Shown in pieces: positions 9,352 through 20,066 of a stretch of 59,133 nucleotides of DNA (position 1 is the first letter of the stretch; each line of letters starts with the position of its first letter). A program made the position numbers and the translations under genes. The stretch lies in NCBI GenBank assembly GCA_040285745.1, contig JAUFOR010000004.1, positions 1,364,001-1,423,133 on the forward strand, written 5' to 3'. The notes below the pieces were generated by a model. It saw nothing but the letters and a program-made list of their open reading frames with translations. It made no database searches and was not told the origin of the DNA. The DNA is from Barthelona sp. PCE. Lineage: Eukaryota.

Positions 9352-12300
9352 CTATTTCTCATAAATGTGCGACGTACGCTCATCAAAGAAGAAAAGACCA
9401 CTGGAGTTCATGCAGAGACGAACATGCTCCCATTGCTCCATAGTCTTGCGTTTGATATCCTTACGCAGTTCAGAATCACCGTTTTTAATCTGGAAGTTCT
9501 TTGATACTTCATCAAAAAAGTGCATGCCATAGAAAGCACGCTCAATTGATATTGAGTTCAGAACAAAGCACAAACCAAGTGCAAACCCGTCATTGACAAA
9601 TGATCCGGCTTTGGCTTCGGCGCCAACCATGCTCTTGGTAAAGAGAAGGTCTGACTCCTTGATCATGTGCGCGACATGCGATACAAGAAGTGCAGGGGTG
9701 AGGTACAGGAATAGCTCGAGGTGTGAGCTCTTGGAAAACTCTTCCTGGAAGATAGAGCAAAGCATTGGAAGGTAGTCAAAGTTGTCACTCAACTGGGAAA
9801 TGACTGATTGCAATACCTCATAAGCACGCTCACCAGCATGCCCCAGGCCCTCTGGCTTCTCGGGGATGGTCATACGTTTTGAGTGACCCATAACATCAAG
9901 ACCACCGACGTGCAACATGCGTACAAATCCCAACGCGTTACCAATTGCAGTTACAAGATCCATTAGTCTGTCTATGGGATTCCTGCCCTCCAGACTGGTG
10001 TCGAGACCTCGGATATCTTTGATGACCTTTTCAGCCTTACCGTATTCATACGGCTCAGTAGTATCATAGTCCTTCATCTCGCGCATAAGACGTGAGCGGA
10101 CATAATCATCCATGAGGAATTGACCGAGAACACGCAGCTTACGGATCAGAAAATGGCTATATATGAAGTTAACTGTGGAATTTAAAACACCGACACCGTG
10201 AACACGAACACTGTTTGAGATGTGGTTAAGCGTAAGCGTCTGGATGTACTTGTTCTTCGTCTTGATCTTGGAAATGAAGAACTGTCCGCTAAGACTGTAG
10301 TTGTGCGCAGTCACAAATGAGTTGATGTTACGCATGATCTCGAGCACATCGAGCGTTTGATCGAGTGTGTTGGGCGGCAGCTGGCTGTCAAACACCTCCA
10401 AATTGTACTTTGAGCGGGCCAAATGTCTGATGAAGCGGAAAATAAAGTACTGATGCGATTGTAGTACAATATGGTTGTATGATCTCTGACTGATAACGGA
10501 AGAGACAAGGGAGCGGATATCAACAATGCTTGACGCGAGCGTCTCGCGGATATCGAGGAAGGGATCTAGGTTCAGGGGTTCACCTTGATAGACAGGTAAA
10601 ATATCGAGTAAGAACGATGTATGAAACCTAAGATCAACCTCAATGATCTCAGCCAAAGGTTCAACGATCTTTTCATCGATCAAAACCTTCATGACGTCAA
10701 AGTAGTGCTGCTCAAACTTAACAGTGTTGTTTGAATGAACTTTCAGAGAGAAAATATCATTAAGACCCTGGAAAACGCAACCCAGGTTGTAGGCGACAGC
10801 TCCCAGACCGTCAGCTTCCTTCTTGATCTGCTTCTCAGGGGGCACTTGCAACAGAACACCGAAATAATCCTTGAAACGTATCAACAATGAAAGATCCTGC
10901 AAGCGATGAACAGTAGTCTCGATGACAGAAGTGAATTTGATGATGAACAACTGGTTCTCAACGAACTTCCGGTCTGAATTTGATAAATGGAAGGATATGA
11001 GACTGAAGAGCATCTCGATCATATCATAATTACCATTGAACTGTTCAACTGCCTGGATTATGAGACAGAATGCACTATATAGCTCGAGTTTGCGTCCACT
11101 CATGAGTTTATCGAGATATCCACTGAGAACATCTGCAATCTGCTGCCTAATCTCGGTGAACACGTCCAAATGAGATTTGAATGGTAGACGCACCTTGTAC
11201 TTGATCAAACCAATGCAGTCAAGCATTCCGTTGTAGACACGGCGCTTGAACTGTGTATTAAGAAGTTGTGTCCACATAAGAAGACTATAAACGTGCAATT
11301 TCGCCATTGTTTTAACGTTTGTTAAAAACTCAAGCGTCTTAAATTCTGTGATCTTATGGGCATCTAACAACATCTGAAAGATCTGAGTCCTATCTGAGAA
11401 ATGCAACATATTATCAGTGAAAGCGTCATAGTTCTCACGGGTCATGAGGTGAGTCTGCATGTTTTGCATGATAGCAGGGTATCCAGTGAGCTCGGAAATG
11501 TAGAAACTAAAAACGAACTCTAATCCGCCACACAAGGGAATGTAAGGGAAAAGCTTCTCAAAATTGAAATAATCCCTTAGCATCTTGTTTGAGACTGGGT
11601 TGGAGAGAGGGATACGCAACAATGGGTTGTCCTGTTCGGCAGGATAGGAAGGAAGCGGCGAGAGAGTCATGTTAAAAACAATCAAGCCTAGTAGACCGAG
11701 GTATTGACCAACAAAATTCAATGAATTTGATGTCATCTTTGACATATCAAACAATGTAAAGCGAAAGTTGATATATGTAGTAAGGTGGTTCTGAAACACT
11801 GTGTTCTTGGACAGCTTTGTCATTTGAGGTAATGTAAATTGTGACTCTAAAAATGTAGCAAAAATTCTAAAATCAAATACACCAACTTTGATGATATCCA
11901 GGACACTATCAAGAGTGTTAGCTGCGTCCAATGTCGTACCGTATCTGTTGGGTTCAAGTTTAGATGCCTTGACTAAGTTATGGAAACGCAGGAAACCATT
12001 GTAAAGTTTCGTGTTGCGCTTAATGGCAACGTCCAACTCAATGAACAGACATAAAAGACGTGAAAAGACAGAGAAAAACATATCACCGTTTGATTTGTTA
12101 AATGCATCAATACGACTACGTCCATCTGCACTGACCGGAAAACCGTTCTTACTGTAAAAAAGACTTAACTGACGAACGAAATAAACACCAACCTCATTGA
12201 GGGCGTATATGTATGTGTTAAGGTCCTTTAAGATGGGGAGAAACTCGCTCATCTGAATTTGGACGAAACCTTCGTTGTTCAATGAAGCATCAATTTTTTC

Positions 12301-12648
12301 CTCGTCCAACTCATCGTCGTAGAGAGTTATTTTTGGAAGAAAATGGTCAAAGCCCTTTGATAACAACGATTCCAACTTCTGAACTGTATGGTAAAGTGTT
12401 TTGAACAGTTTATCAAAAACAAGTGAGCTGGAATTGCTTGTATTCAAAAGCCCAGTACTTTGCATACCGAGATCATTGACTTTGAAGACCGGTTCATTTC
12501 TTAAAAGATTGCTTGGACGTTGTTCGTAAGCAAATTGCAAGCTCTTGAGCTTCTTAACATGATTTTGTACAAATCTGTGTGCATTGTCATCGAGAATCGA
12601 TGTAGAAACAGACGTTGTCTGGCTGAAGAAGTTAAAATCCGTCGACAT
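9352..12648 (-). CDS. WASHC4: WASH complex subunit 4 (SWIP/KIAA1033)
   Basis: LPPNTLDQTLDVLEIMRNINSFV, ISNSVRVHGVGVLNSTVNFIY, IGNALGFVRM and FVNDGFALGLCFVL match WASH-7 mid and C-terminal motifs. About 1100 aa; first ATG at 12648 (MSTDF). Confidence 0.92.
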   Translation of the reverse strand: MSTDFNFFSQTTSVSTSILDDNAHRFVQNHVKKLKSLQFAYEQRPSNLLRNEPVFKVNDLGMQSTGLLNTSNSSSLVFDKLFKTLYHTVQKLESLLSKGFDHFLPKITLYDDELDEEKIDASLNNEGFVQIQMSEFLPILKDLNTYIYALNEVGVYFVRQLSLFYSKNGFPVSADGRSRIDAFNKSNGDMFFSVFSRLLCLFIELDVAIKRNTKLYNGFLRFHNLVKASKLEPNRYGTTLDAANTLDSVLDIIKVGVFDFRIFATFLESQFTLPQMTKLSKNTVFQNHLTTYINFRFTLFDMSKMTSNSLNFVGQYLGLLGLIVFNMTLSPLPSYPAEQDNPLLRIPLSNPVSNKMLRDYFNFEKLFPYIPLCGGLEFVFSFYISELTGYPAIMQNMQTHLMTRENYDAFTDNMLHFSDRTQIFQMLLDAHKITEFKTLEFLTNVKTMAKLHVYSLLMWTQLLNTQFKRRVYNGMLDCIGLIKYKVRLPFKSHLDVFTEIRQQIADVLSGYLDKLMSGRKLELYSAFCLIIQAVEQFNGNYDMIEMLFSLISFHLSNSDRKFVENQLFIIKFTSVIETTVHRLQDLSLLIRFKDYFGVLLQVPPEKQIKKEADGLGAVAYNLGCVFQGLNDIFSLKVHSNNTVKFEQHYFDVMKVLIDEKIVEPLAEIIEVDLRFHTSFLLDILPVYQGEPLNLDPFLDIRETLASSIVDIRSLVSSVISQRSYNHIVLQSHQYFIFRFIRHLARSKYNLEVFDSQLPPNTLDQTLDVLEIMRNINSFVTAHNYSLSGQFFISKIKTKNKYIQTLTLNHISNSVRVHGVGVLNSTVNFIYSHFLIRKLRVLGQFLMDDYVRSRLMREMKDYDTTEPYEYGKAEKVIKDIRGLDTSLEGRNPIDRLMDLVTAIGNALGFVRMLHVGGLDVMGHSKRMTIPEKPEGLGHAGERAYEVLQSVISQLSDNFDYLPMLCSIFQEEFSKSSHLELFLYLTPALLVSHVAHMIKESDLLFTKSMVGAEAKAGSFVNDGFALGLCFVLNSISIERAFYGMHFFDEVSKNFQIKNGDSELRKDIKRKTMEQWEHVRLCMNSSGLFFFDERTSHIYEK

Positions 12649-12763
12649 GAAGAAGAAAAGCAAAAACGAGATACTATTATGATCGGTTCTTTATTATCCT
12701 ATTAAATGGTATAAATCTCCCAAAAATGTTACTTTACCCATAAAAAAATTTGATACAAAATCG

Positions 12764-13024
12764 ATGAATCCTGAATTTATTTTTTCATCCCTTTCCATGG
12801 AAATTGAACAACAGATATCTCCTCTGAACGAAGCAGATTTACTGGATAATGAATTAGCTGAACCATTCCAAGTTTCTGCAGAGCCTACGGGAAGACTCTC
12901 TTTAACATCGCAACATCCCTGCGATTACTGCTCCAGGATGATTGGAAGCGGTGCAATCATCGATAAAGACCACATATTCTGCACTTCTCAATGTTTTAAC
13001 GATTGGAAGAGAAGAAATCAATAA
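12764..13024 (+). CDS. Small protein with a C-terminal CxxC...FCxxxC zinc-finger-like motif
   Basis: CDYCSRMIGSGAIIDKDHIFCTSQC resembles FCS/TRASH-type fingers; acidic N-terminus. Start may be 12764 or 12797. Confidence 0.6.
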   Translation: MNPEFIFSSLSMEIEQQISPLNEADLLDNELAEPFQVSAEPTGRLSLTSQHPCDYCSRMIGSGAIIDKDHIFCTSQCFNDWKRRNQ

Positions 13025-13441
13025 ATATGTCAATATGTATATTACGGTAAAATGCATCAACTGTCCTGGTAATTGACAGTATTTCAACTCCAAATATGTT
13101 ACATTTTAAAATTGTATGACTTAAACAAATGTTAATAATTTAAATCTTGATTAACATACATTACAACTTAAATATGCCCATGAATCAACTTAATATGCCA
13201 TATGGTGAAAATTAATCTCAACCATCACAAAAAATTATCTTCACAATTTTGAAAAAGGTGAAAGAACAGTATAGCAATACTTTTGCCTTAAACTTATAGC
13301 TTAAGTTGAGATATTGAGCACCTATCAGCACATTTTGAGTAATAATAATGCTTGTAAATAGAAACAGAACTGAGATTCCATGCCATGTCATATTCAAACA
13401 AATTCCCTTTTTCACACTTTTCTACACTTCTTTTATTTGCA

Positions 13442-13657
13442 ATGGATATTCCCACAGCTGTATGGGTTTTAATTTTTGTCGTACTTGCTATTGCTTGTGC
13501 CGTAACCGTTTGTTATTGTCGTATTAAGATGTTGGCCAAGCGAAAAGCCATCGAAGCTGCCAAAGTGATTGGCCGCGAAGCTTTAGGATATGTTAAAGAT
13601 AAGATTGATGAAAAAAATTCTGAAAACAATTCCAATGCTTCTTATCAAACTGTATAA
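13442..13657 (+). CDS. Small single-pass membrane protein
   Basis: MDIPTAVWVLIFVVLAIACAVTVCYC is a hydrophobic helix followed by basic RIKMLAKRK; the ATG follows a pyrimidine-rich tract. Confidence 0.65.
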   Translation: MDIPTAVWVLIFVVLAIACAVTVCYCRIKMLAKRKAIEAAKVIGREALGYVKDKIDEKNSENNSNASYQTV

Positions 13658-13784
13658 CCCTGAAATAATGTCTATATTGTAAATACACACCCATTAGTCC
13701 ACATGAAAATTTCTGAAGAAGTCTCAGATATCATTTCCATTTCTACATCCTTTTCATTGATTTGTGAACTTTTCAAAACTCAAA

Positions 13785-15221
13785 ATGGTAGATTTCACAG
13801 GCATGACGCTCGAGCAGTTAGAGAATTTTGATAGAACAACACTCGATACCAAAGAACGCAAGAAGTTAAAGCGTAAGCTTGGTAAAATTCGTAAGAAGGC
13901 ACAAGCACAGGGCTCGGCACACACAGCCAACAGTACAAACCCACTTGAGGGTAATTCATTTATTAAGCAACCTGTTGCACCTAAGTTTTTTTCCGAGAAA
14001 CCTGAACAACTAGAAGGTGCAGTGCAGCCTCTTTTCATCGGTACTGATAACCCTAGACCAATTATTGAACATAGTGATCAGTATATTACCCCTATTGAAG
14101 GAGAATATAACCTTGACATGAATTGGGCTGGCCCTGAAACCCCTGTTGTTATGCAGTACCCCAACGGGTTCCCCACAGGCGAGTGGCAACCTTATGCCGG
14201 CTCAAAGAACACAAATATGGCCGAAGCTCTAGAATCTGAGCGTGTGATGAATTCTTCAGAGTATGCTATTTCATGTCTGCGAAGAGGCGCTGCTGTCCAC
14301 CGCCAGACACGTAGGTGGATCCAATCCTTCATTAAACCAGGTATGGATATCTCTTCATGCGTTGATCACGTAGATCGAACAAACAGAAAACTCATCGGCT
14401 ATGACCCGTTGAACCCCACAGCTTGCGGTCTGGCTTTCCCATGTGGCATGTCCGTCAACGAATGCGCAGCACACTATCAGCCTATGCCCGGTGAGACTAG
14501 GATATTCAACAAGAGCGATGTCGTCAAGGTAGATTTTGGAACTCATGTGGACGGTTTTGTCATTGATTCTGCATTTACAGTTGCCTGGGACGACGAATAC
14601 CTGGCCTTACTTGACTGCGCACGCGATGCTACTAATACCGGTATTGCCACTGCTGGTGCTGATGTCCGTCTTTGCGATGTCGGTGAAGCTATTGAGGAAG
14701 TTATGCTGTCATACACTGTTGCTGGAAAACAAGTTCAGCCGGTCCGCAACCTTACGGGACATATGGTCGGAAAATACCGTGTACATGCTGGCAAGTCTAT
14801 TCCACTTTACAACAATAATGATACAACAAAGATGTTGGAAGGTGAGACATATGCCCTTGAGACTTTCGCATCAACAGGTCTTGGTGTGGTTGATCATGAT
14901 GGCCCATCGTCACACTTTATGATCAACTTTGCAAAGTTCAATGAGCCAATTAACAACAGGAAGGAGAGAGATTTAATGGCTGTGCTTAAGAATCAGTTCA
15001 GTTCTTTGGCTTGGTGTCACAGATGGCTCAAGCAGATCGGTACCACAAAGTACATGCCCACACTTCGCAACCTTATCCGTAACAATTTTGTTAACGATTA
15101 CCCCCCATTGACTGATTTTGGTAAAGAGAATGGAAAGGCTTGTCATGTTGCCCAATTCGAACACACATTCATCATCGGAGATACTGGAAAGGAAGTATTT
15201 ACCAGATGCGATGACTACTAA
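13785..15221 (+). CDS. METAP2: Methionine aminopeptidase 2
   Basis: AFPCGMSVNECAAHY, KVDFGTHVDGFVIDSAFT, NLTGH, YALETF and AQFEHT supply the D,D,H,E,E metal ligands. The type-2 insertion and terminal RCDDY are present. Confidence 0.97.
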   Translation: MVDFTGMTLEQLENFDRTTLDTKERKKLKRKLGKIRKKAQAQGSAHTANSTNPLEGNSFIKQPVAPKFFSEKPEQLEGAVQPLFIGTDNPRPIIEHSDQYITPIEGEYNLDMNWAGPETPVVMQYPNGFPTGEWQPYAGSKNTNMAEALESERVMNSSEYAISCLRRGAAVHRQTRRWIQSFIKPGMDISSCVDHVDRTNRKLIGYDPLNPTACGLAFPCGMSVNECAAHYQPMPGETRIFNKSDVVKVDFGTHVDGFVIDSAFTVAWDDEYLALLDCARDATNTGIATAGADVRLCDVGEAIEEVMLSYTVAGKQVQPVRNLTGHMVGKYRVHAGKSIPLYNNNDTTKMLEGETYALETFASTGLGVVDHDGPSSHFMINFAKFNEPINNRKERDLMAVLKNQFSSLAWCHRWLKQIGTTKYMPTLRNLIRNNFVNDYPPLTDFGKENGKACHVAQFEHTFIIGDTGKEVFTRCDDY

Positions 15222-15276
15222 TCAAGTAAAGACTGTGTTTTTTTATTTTACCCTTATCAAAATTTCACAAATTTCT

Positions 15277-16365
15277 GTGGAAGAAAACTGTATCAGTGAG
15301 GTTGTCAGGCGCCTCTACGACCCAAAGCATGAGCTGATGTTTCGAGAAGAGGAAGAAGAAAAGATTTCTCATTTTTTTGAAAAGCATGAAGACACTAACG
15401 GTATGTTATTATTGTTAGGTACCGAGGGATCTGGTAAGATAGAGCTTCTGAACAAGTGTATAAGTGAGAATGATGTCTTTTTGAAGAAGCCAAAGATTTT
15501 TTGTGATCTTAAAGGTTTTCAGAGTGATGGTGAAATCATACAACGACTATTATCGCTCATAAGCGTGGAGATTCCCCAACTATTTAAGGAATTTAAGCGC
15601 GACAACTCGAACAAGATGGATGTTATTTTGTTACAGCGAATTTTGGAACAATGTCCACTTGTTTTGGTGCTAGACTCGTTCAACACGCTCACCCTTGGTG
15701 ATCGTAACTCTCTTTTTTACACTTTTGTCAATACCATCAATGATTCTGAAGAGCTTGTTATGATCATGATTGCACAACATGCTGAATTCCTAATGAATAT
15801 GGAGAAGCGTATTGAGAGCCGTATGCGCTACCATTTTGTACTGTTCGCACCACTTTGTCCAAGTCAAATTGAGATCATTCTGAGGAAACGGTTGTTTTTT
15901 AAAGATGCTGATGAATTTGATAAGAGTTTGTTTTGCCGATATGTTGCAATGTTTTCATGTGTTAAGGACCTCTTCAGTGGCATCACATCCCTTTTTGTTG
16001 AAGAAAGTGATATTTCAATCGAAACCTTCAATCAATTAGTAGTTGATTACTTTGATCACTATAATGATTTTGACCTGCCTCAGCTGACCCGTTTACAACT
16101 ATCCGTACTGGCTCATTTGCATGTTCTGTGTAGATATGCACGTGAATACAAGGTTTCATTCAATAAGTTGTTGGAGCAAACTGGATACTCATTTGCTTTA
16201 TTGGACAACGTCTTGTTAGATTTAGATAATATTGATGTTATAAATTTATTGAACGATAAACAGCAGAGTATCCAATGTTGCATTACTCAAAGTGATATGA
16301 AAAAGATGTTGGCTCATCATGATCATTCCCTATTACTTTCATTTGAATCAAAATTTAACTTATAA
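15277..16365 (+). CDS. ORC4: ORC4-like AAA+ ATPase (origin recognition complex subunit 4); start uncertain (GTG 15277, ATG 15211 or ATG 15337)
   Basis: Walker A-like LLLLGTEGSGKI, Walker B-like LVLVLDSF followed by RNSLFYTF, and MEKRIESRM, which corresponds to ORC4 LEKRVKSRF. The C-terminus is winged-helix sized. Confidence 0.7.
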   Translation: MEENCISEVVRRLYDPKHELMFREEEEEKISHFFEKHEDTNGMLLLLGTEGSGKIELLNKCISENDVFLKKPKIFCDLKGFQSDGEIIQRLLSLISVEIPQLFKEFKRDNSNKMDVILLQRILEQCPLVLVLDSFNTLTLGDRNSLFYTFVNTINDSEELVMIMIAQHAEFLMNMEKRIESRMRYHFVLFAPLCPSQIEIILRKRLFFKDADEFDKSLFCRYVAMFSCVKDLFSGITSLFVEESDISIETFNQLVVDYFDHYNDFDLPQLTRLQLSVLAHLHVLCRYAREYKVSFNKLLEQTGYSFALLDNVLLDLDNIDVINLLNDKQQSIQCCITQSDMKKMLAHHDHSLLLSFESKFNL

Positions 16366-19019
16366 TCTGATAGTATCTGAAATTCTTTGTTGTCAATCAT
16401 ATGTATACCTATGGAAATATTTGAACCAAACAAGTTCTTCGGTATATTGAAAACTTGATCAGATACACAAACAAAAGTATTTGAATCAACTTGTGATGCA
16501 TCATTGTGGATCTGTAGAGAAAACTTTGTAATGTCATTTGAATTATTGTTCTTGATAAAGAACGTGAAAAATGATGATATAAACAAATTACTGATACAAT
16601 TCTCTAGGAGGATTACGTATTTCATACGCATAGGATATACTTTTAATGACGGTTCAATGTGAATGATTGGTTTGCGTTCAAAGAAGGTTAATTTTAATTT
16701 TGTGATATTAGGGGGTAAGTCAGTCAGATCAATGGTATCGAAGAAATTTTCAACGTTAGGAATCTCAGAGAACTGAAAGTCAAAATGTTGTTGAAGAATT
16801 TGAATCCATTTTTCCACTAATTTTGACCATGTATCATTTTGAAGTGTGTTTTTAAAACATGAAAGCATAAATGAAAATGTACTACGTAACACATGACCAT
16901 TGTTTACCGAATAACTGTGGTAAAGAACAAAAAACTCGATAAAAACTAACAAATCATATTCATCAAGCTTAGATTTTTCCTGAACTGAACATTTTAAGTA
17001 TGAAAGGTAATATATAAATTCATTTCTTAAGATATACTGTTCTTTGTTAAGTAAAATATCATCCAGTGTTGCGTTCTCAAAAAGGGAGATATCTGCATCA
17101 CTAAATGACTGAACAGGAAGTGGTGGTAAGTGCTCTAGCACATAAGACAGTTCACTATTAGCTGTAATCAAGGTACGTAGGAAGGTTGAATCTGAAAAAA
17201 CAGGGCAATCTTTAAGAATAGTAGAAATATCTTGGGAAGGAAGCAAATGCGGCAATACACGCAGTGCGTGTTCAAAGCGTTGATCCAAAAAACATTGTGG
17301 AAATACACTTTTCCGAATAAATATATTAAAGGTTTCGAAAAGCATCATACAAGTTTCATTGTCTAAAAAATCAAATGAGACAAAGTCACGAGCGATAAAA
17401 TCACTCAATAGAACAAATATTCCGATTCTTTCTGTTTCTGACAGATTGAATATCACAGAAAATTGTTTCCTTTGTTGATCAGTAATTGATTCATTAAAAT
17501 GAAAGAACTCTTGAAATAGATATATACCAAACCGTACCAACTCAAATAATAACATATGAGAAAAATTAGGGAGATCCTCTTTATCAACTAATAATTGCAT
17601 CATAAACAATCGGAGTTCAGTATTATCTTCATTGTAAAAATCAAAAAAGCAATTAATTAGATCATTCCGAATGCTTGTTTGAGGATTTGTATCTTTTAAA
17701 TTAACAATACAGTCAAGAGTCTCTTTTAAGAACAGTCTAATACAGTGTAAATCATCAATGTAATGAGAGACAAAATATAGAGTACCACAAAATGCGGTGA
17801 CTTCAATAGCGTCCTTGTTTATACTGTCAACAGTATTCTTATGCCTGGAGTCGTTGTGAAATAATTTCTTTCGTGGCATTTTCTTCCTTAGCTGTTCCAG
17901 TTCTGCTGGCATCTGTAAAACTCCTTGTGTAACAACATAATGGATGTTATTAAACATTGAGTATGCTTCATCACGTGTACATAATCTATTGTGTATAGCG
18001 TTCGGTAATAAAAATAACCCGGTTGTTTCTGAAAGACAGTGAAACGTATAATAATTGCCAATCATGGGTAAAAACTTAAAAATAGAACGAATGAGTACGC
18101 TACGTAATTTTTGATTCGAGGAATAAAACAGTAAATGTGAAAAAGATATATAACAAATATCAATAATGCAAGCAACTCGGTCGGAAGCCTTTAAATTAAA
18201 GTGCTGTAAGCAAGCATTGGGAAATAATGCTGATAAAATTGGTATATTACCAAAAAACACTTGTGCTTGACCATAATTATCAACTAACTTCATCAACACT
18301 TTAATCAAAATAAATTGGTTCGAAAACACCTGTTCATCATGCAAAGCTCCAATTAGATACGGAACTAAATCAAGTACAGCCTTTTCAAACCCTTTTTTAA
18401 TGATTAACAATGCCATATCGTTAAGATCTTTCAGGAATTGGAAACGTTGTGCTAAAGTGAGATCCATGATAGCTGAGACAGCAATGGATGTGAATGAGCT
18501 GGCTGTTAAAGGCTGCCCATTATACCTTAAGAAATGAGGGCTGCCGAATAAATGCAACACAATTGAAATATTCAAGGAAGATATATCCTGTTCAATGTTT
18601 AATCGCTCAATATACTGCAACTGGTTGGTTGAGACAGATGGAAGTGATTTTCCCTGAAAAGATTTCAATTTATCCAAATATTTTGGTAATACATCAGTAA
18701 CATTTGAATCTATGAAGCAAAGAGACTCTAGGTTGCATAAGTTGCTTTTCTGAAAGACATGATAAGAAAAATAATTGACACTCTTTATCATTAAATGCTT
18801 TAACTTCGGACAATCGAAAATTTGAATAGAGGGAAGCATACCGGACAAAACTAATACTTCTGCGTTCGGTAAATGAATAGGAAATCCATCTCCCTGGTGC
18901 TGTAAATCCAAAATAGCATCATCACAAAAATGTAACTTAAGTTGAAACACGTCATATGCCCTCTCTTCACAAAAAGATTTGAATGTACCTTCGTATATTG
19001 ACTTAGGTACCCCTTCCAT
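16323..19019 (-). CDS. Hypothetical protein with N-terminal LRR-like repeats and a helical body (898 aa)
   Basis: Long ORF. LPNAEVLVL, CPKLKHLMI, LCNLESLCF and LDKLKSF are LRR-like. The 3' end overlaps the ORC4-like gene by 43 bp. Confidence 0.75.
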   Translation of the reverse strand: MEGVPKSIYEGTFKSFCEERAYDVFQLKLHFCDDAILDLQHQGDGFPIHLPNAEVLVLSGMLPSIQIFDCPKLKHLMIKSVNYFSYHVFQKSNLCNLESLCFIDSNVTDVLPKYLDKLKSFQGKSLPSVSTNQLQYIERLNIEQDISSLNISIVLHLFGSPHFLRYNGQPLTASSFTSIAVSAIMDLTLAQRFQFLKDLNDMALLIIKKGFEKAVLDLVPYLIGALHDEQVFSNQFILIKVLMKLVDNYGQAQVFFGNIPILSALFPNACLQHFNLKASDRVACIIDICYISFSHLLFYSSNQKLRSVLIRSIFKFLPMIGNYYTFHCLSETTGLFLLPNAIHNRLCTRDEAYSMFNNIHYVVTQGVLQMPAELEQLRKKMPRKKLFHNDSRHKNTVDSINKDAIEVTAFCGTLYFVSHYIDDLHCIRLFLKETLDCIVNLKDTNPQTSIRNDLINCFFDFYNEDNTELRLFMMQLLVDKEDLPNFSHMLLFELVRFGIYLFQEFFHFNESITDQQRKQFSVIFNLSETERIGIFVLLSDFIARDFVSFDFLDNETCMMLFETFNIFIRKSVFPQCFLDQRFEHALRVLPHLLPSQDISTILKDCPVFSDSTFLRTLITANSELSYVLEHLPPLPVQSFSDADISLFENATLDDILLNKEQYILRNEFIYYLSYLKCSVQEKSKLDEYDLLVFIEFFVLYHSYSVNNGHVLRSTFSFMLSCFKNTLQNDTWSKLVEKWIQILQQHFDFQFSEIPNVENFFDTIDLTDLPPNITKLKLTFFERKPIIHIEPSLKVYPMRMKYVILLENCISNLFISSFFTFFIKNNNSNDITKFSLQIHNDASQVDSNTFVCVSDQVFNIPKNLFGSNISIGIHMIDNKEFQILSDYKLNFDSNESNRE

Positions 19020-19529
19020 GCCCGATGATGAGGAAATAGGTTATTAAGACGAATACAGCTATTTCAAGTTTAAAGGCAAGATCTTCAAAAATTGGTGGAT
19101 AAACAGCTTTATAAAACAATTTTAACCCATTATTTCAGTCTAAATATTCAATATTATGATGATAGTATGATTTATTCAGATTTATTTGGAAATAATATTC
19201 TGTATGATAAATTGGATCGTTCATACATCTTGTTAATCTGTATTAACTGCGGATCCCTGTTTAAAATGGCCTAATATCGACAAATTGGAAAAACAAAAAG
19301 CAGGTCTTTAAGATCTTCCGTTTTTATAATGTTTCAACACCGTAAGCAGGATTTTTACATCATAAAAGCACTCTTTCAGTGAAGAAAAAATTGTTTAATC
19401 CTGTTTTTGCGTAATTTCGCTTTTTTAATCAAGTCAGCTTTAACACAGCTTCTACAGCTTTGCACAACTAAGCACAGTTAATTGAACCCCATAAATACTC
19501 AAAAAAACTTTATAAAGTAACTTTATCAA

Positions 19530-19982
19530 ATGGTTTGGTACGATTTTTATACAAAGCTCAGTTTACCTTTTTTCAAAGGTGAAAAGATTGAGACTCTCGT
19601 CTTTGGGCTCAAGTTATCATCTATTGTTTCAATGATTTATCACATTTTAATGTTTATCTTAATGACTGTGGCAAACAGTTATGATAGAAGTACAACAGCA
19701 TTAGTGACATTCCTCTCGTGGTGGTCACTGATGATTGGCATTTGTAGTGCAACCCTATTCAGTTTTATTAGGAAGAAGAGCAAAACTACAAGCTGGATCG
19801 GCTATGGTTTAATTTTACTGTCATTAACAGAAGTAGTTTTAAGTCTATTCCTCCTTGGTAACTATGTTGGACCTGCTCTCTTGTTTTTCTTAGGTGGTAT
19901 GAGCGGTTTTTATTTTGGTAGTGCCGCAATTGCCTTAAGTGAACGCCCCTCTTTCAAACCAATTGATTTCTCCAAAGTCTAG
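19530..19982 (+). CDS. Small multi-pass (about 4 TM) membrane protein
   Basis: Four hydrophobic stretches in 150 aa; ATG start. Confidence 0.7.
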   Translation: MVWYDFYTKLSLPFFKGEKIETLVFGLKLSSIVSMIYHILMFILMTVANSYDRSTTALVTFLSWWSLMIGICSATLFSFIRKKSKTTSWIGYGLILLSLTEVVLSLFLLGNYVGPALLFFLGGMSGFYFGSAAIALSERPSFKPIDFSKV

Positions 19983-20066
19983 TCTATAGTAATAAAAATT
20001 GTTGTTTTTCAATAATAAAATAAATTGAGATGCACCTAGAAAAAAAATTCTCTAATGACACTATCA

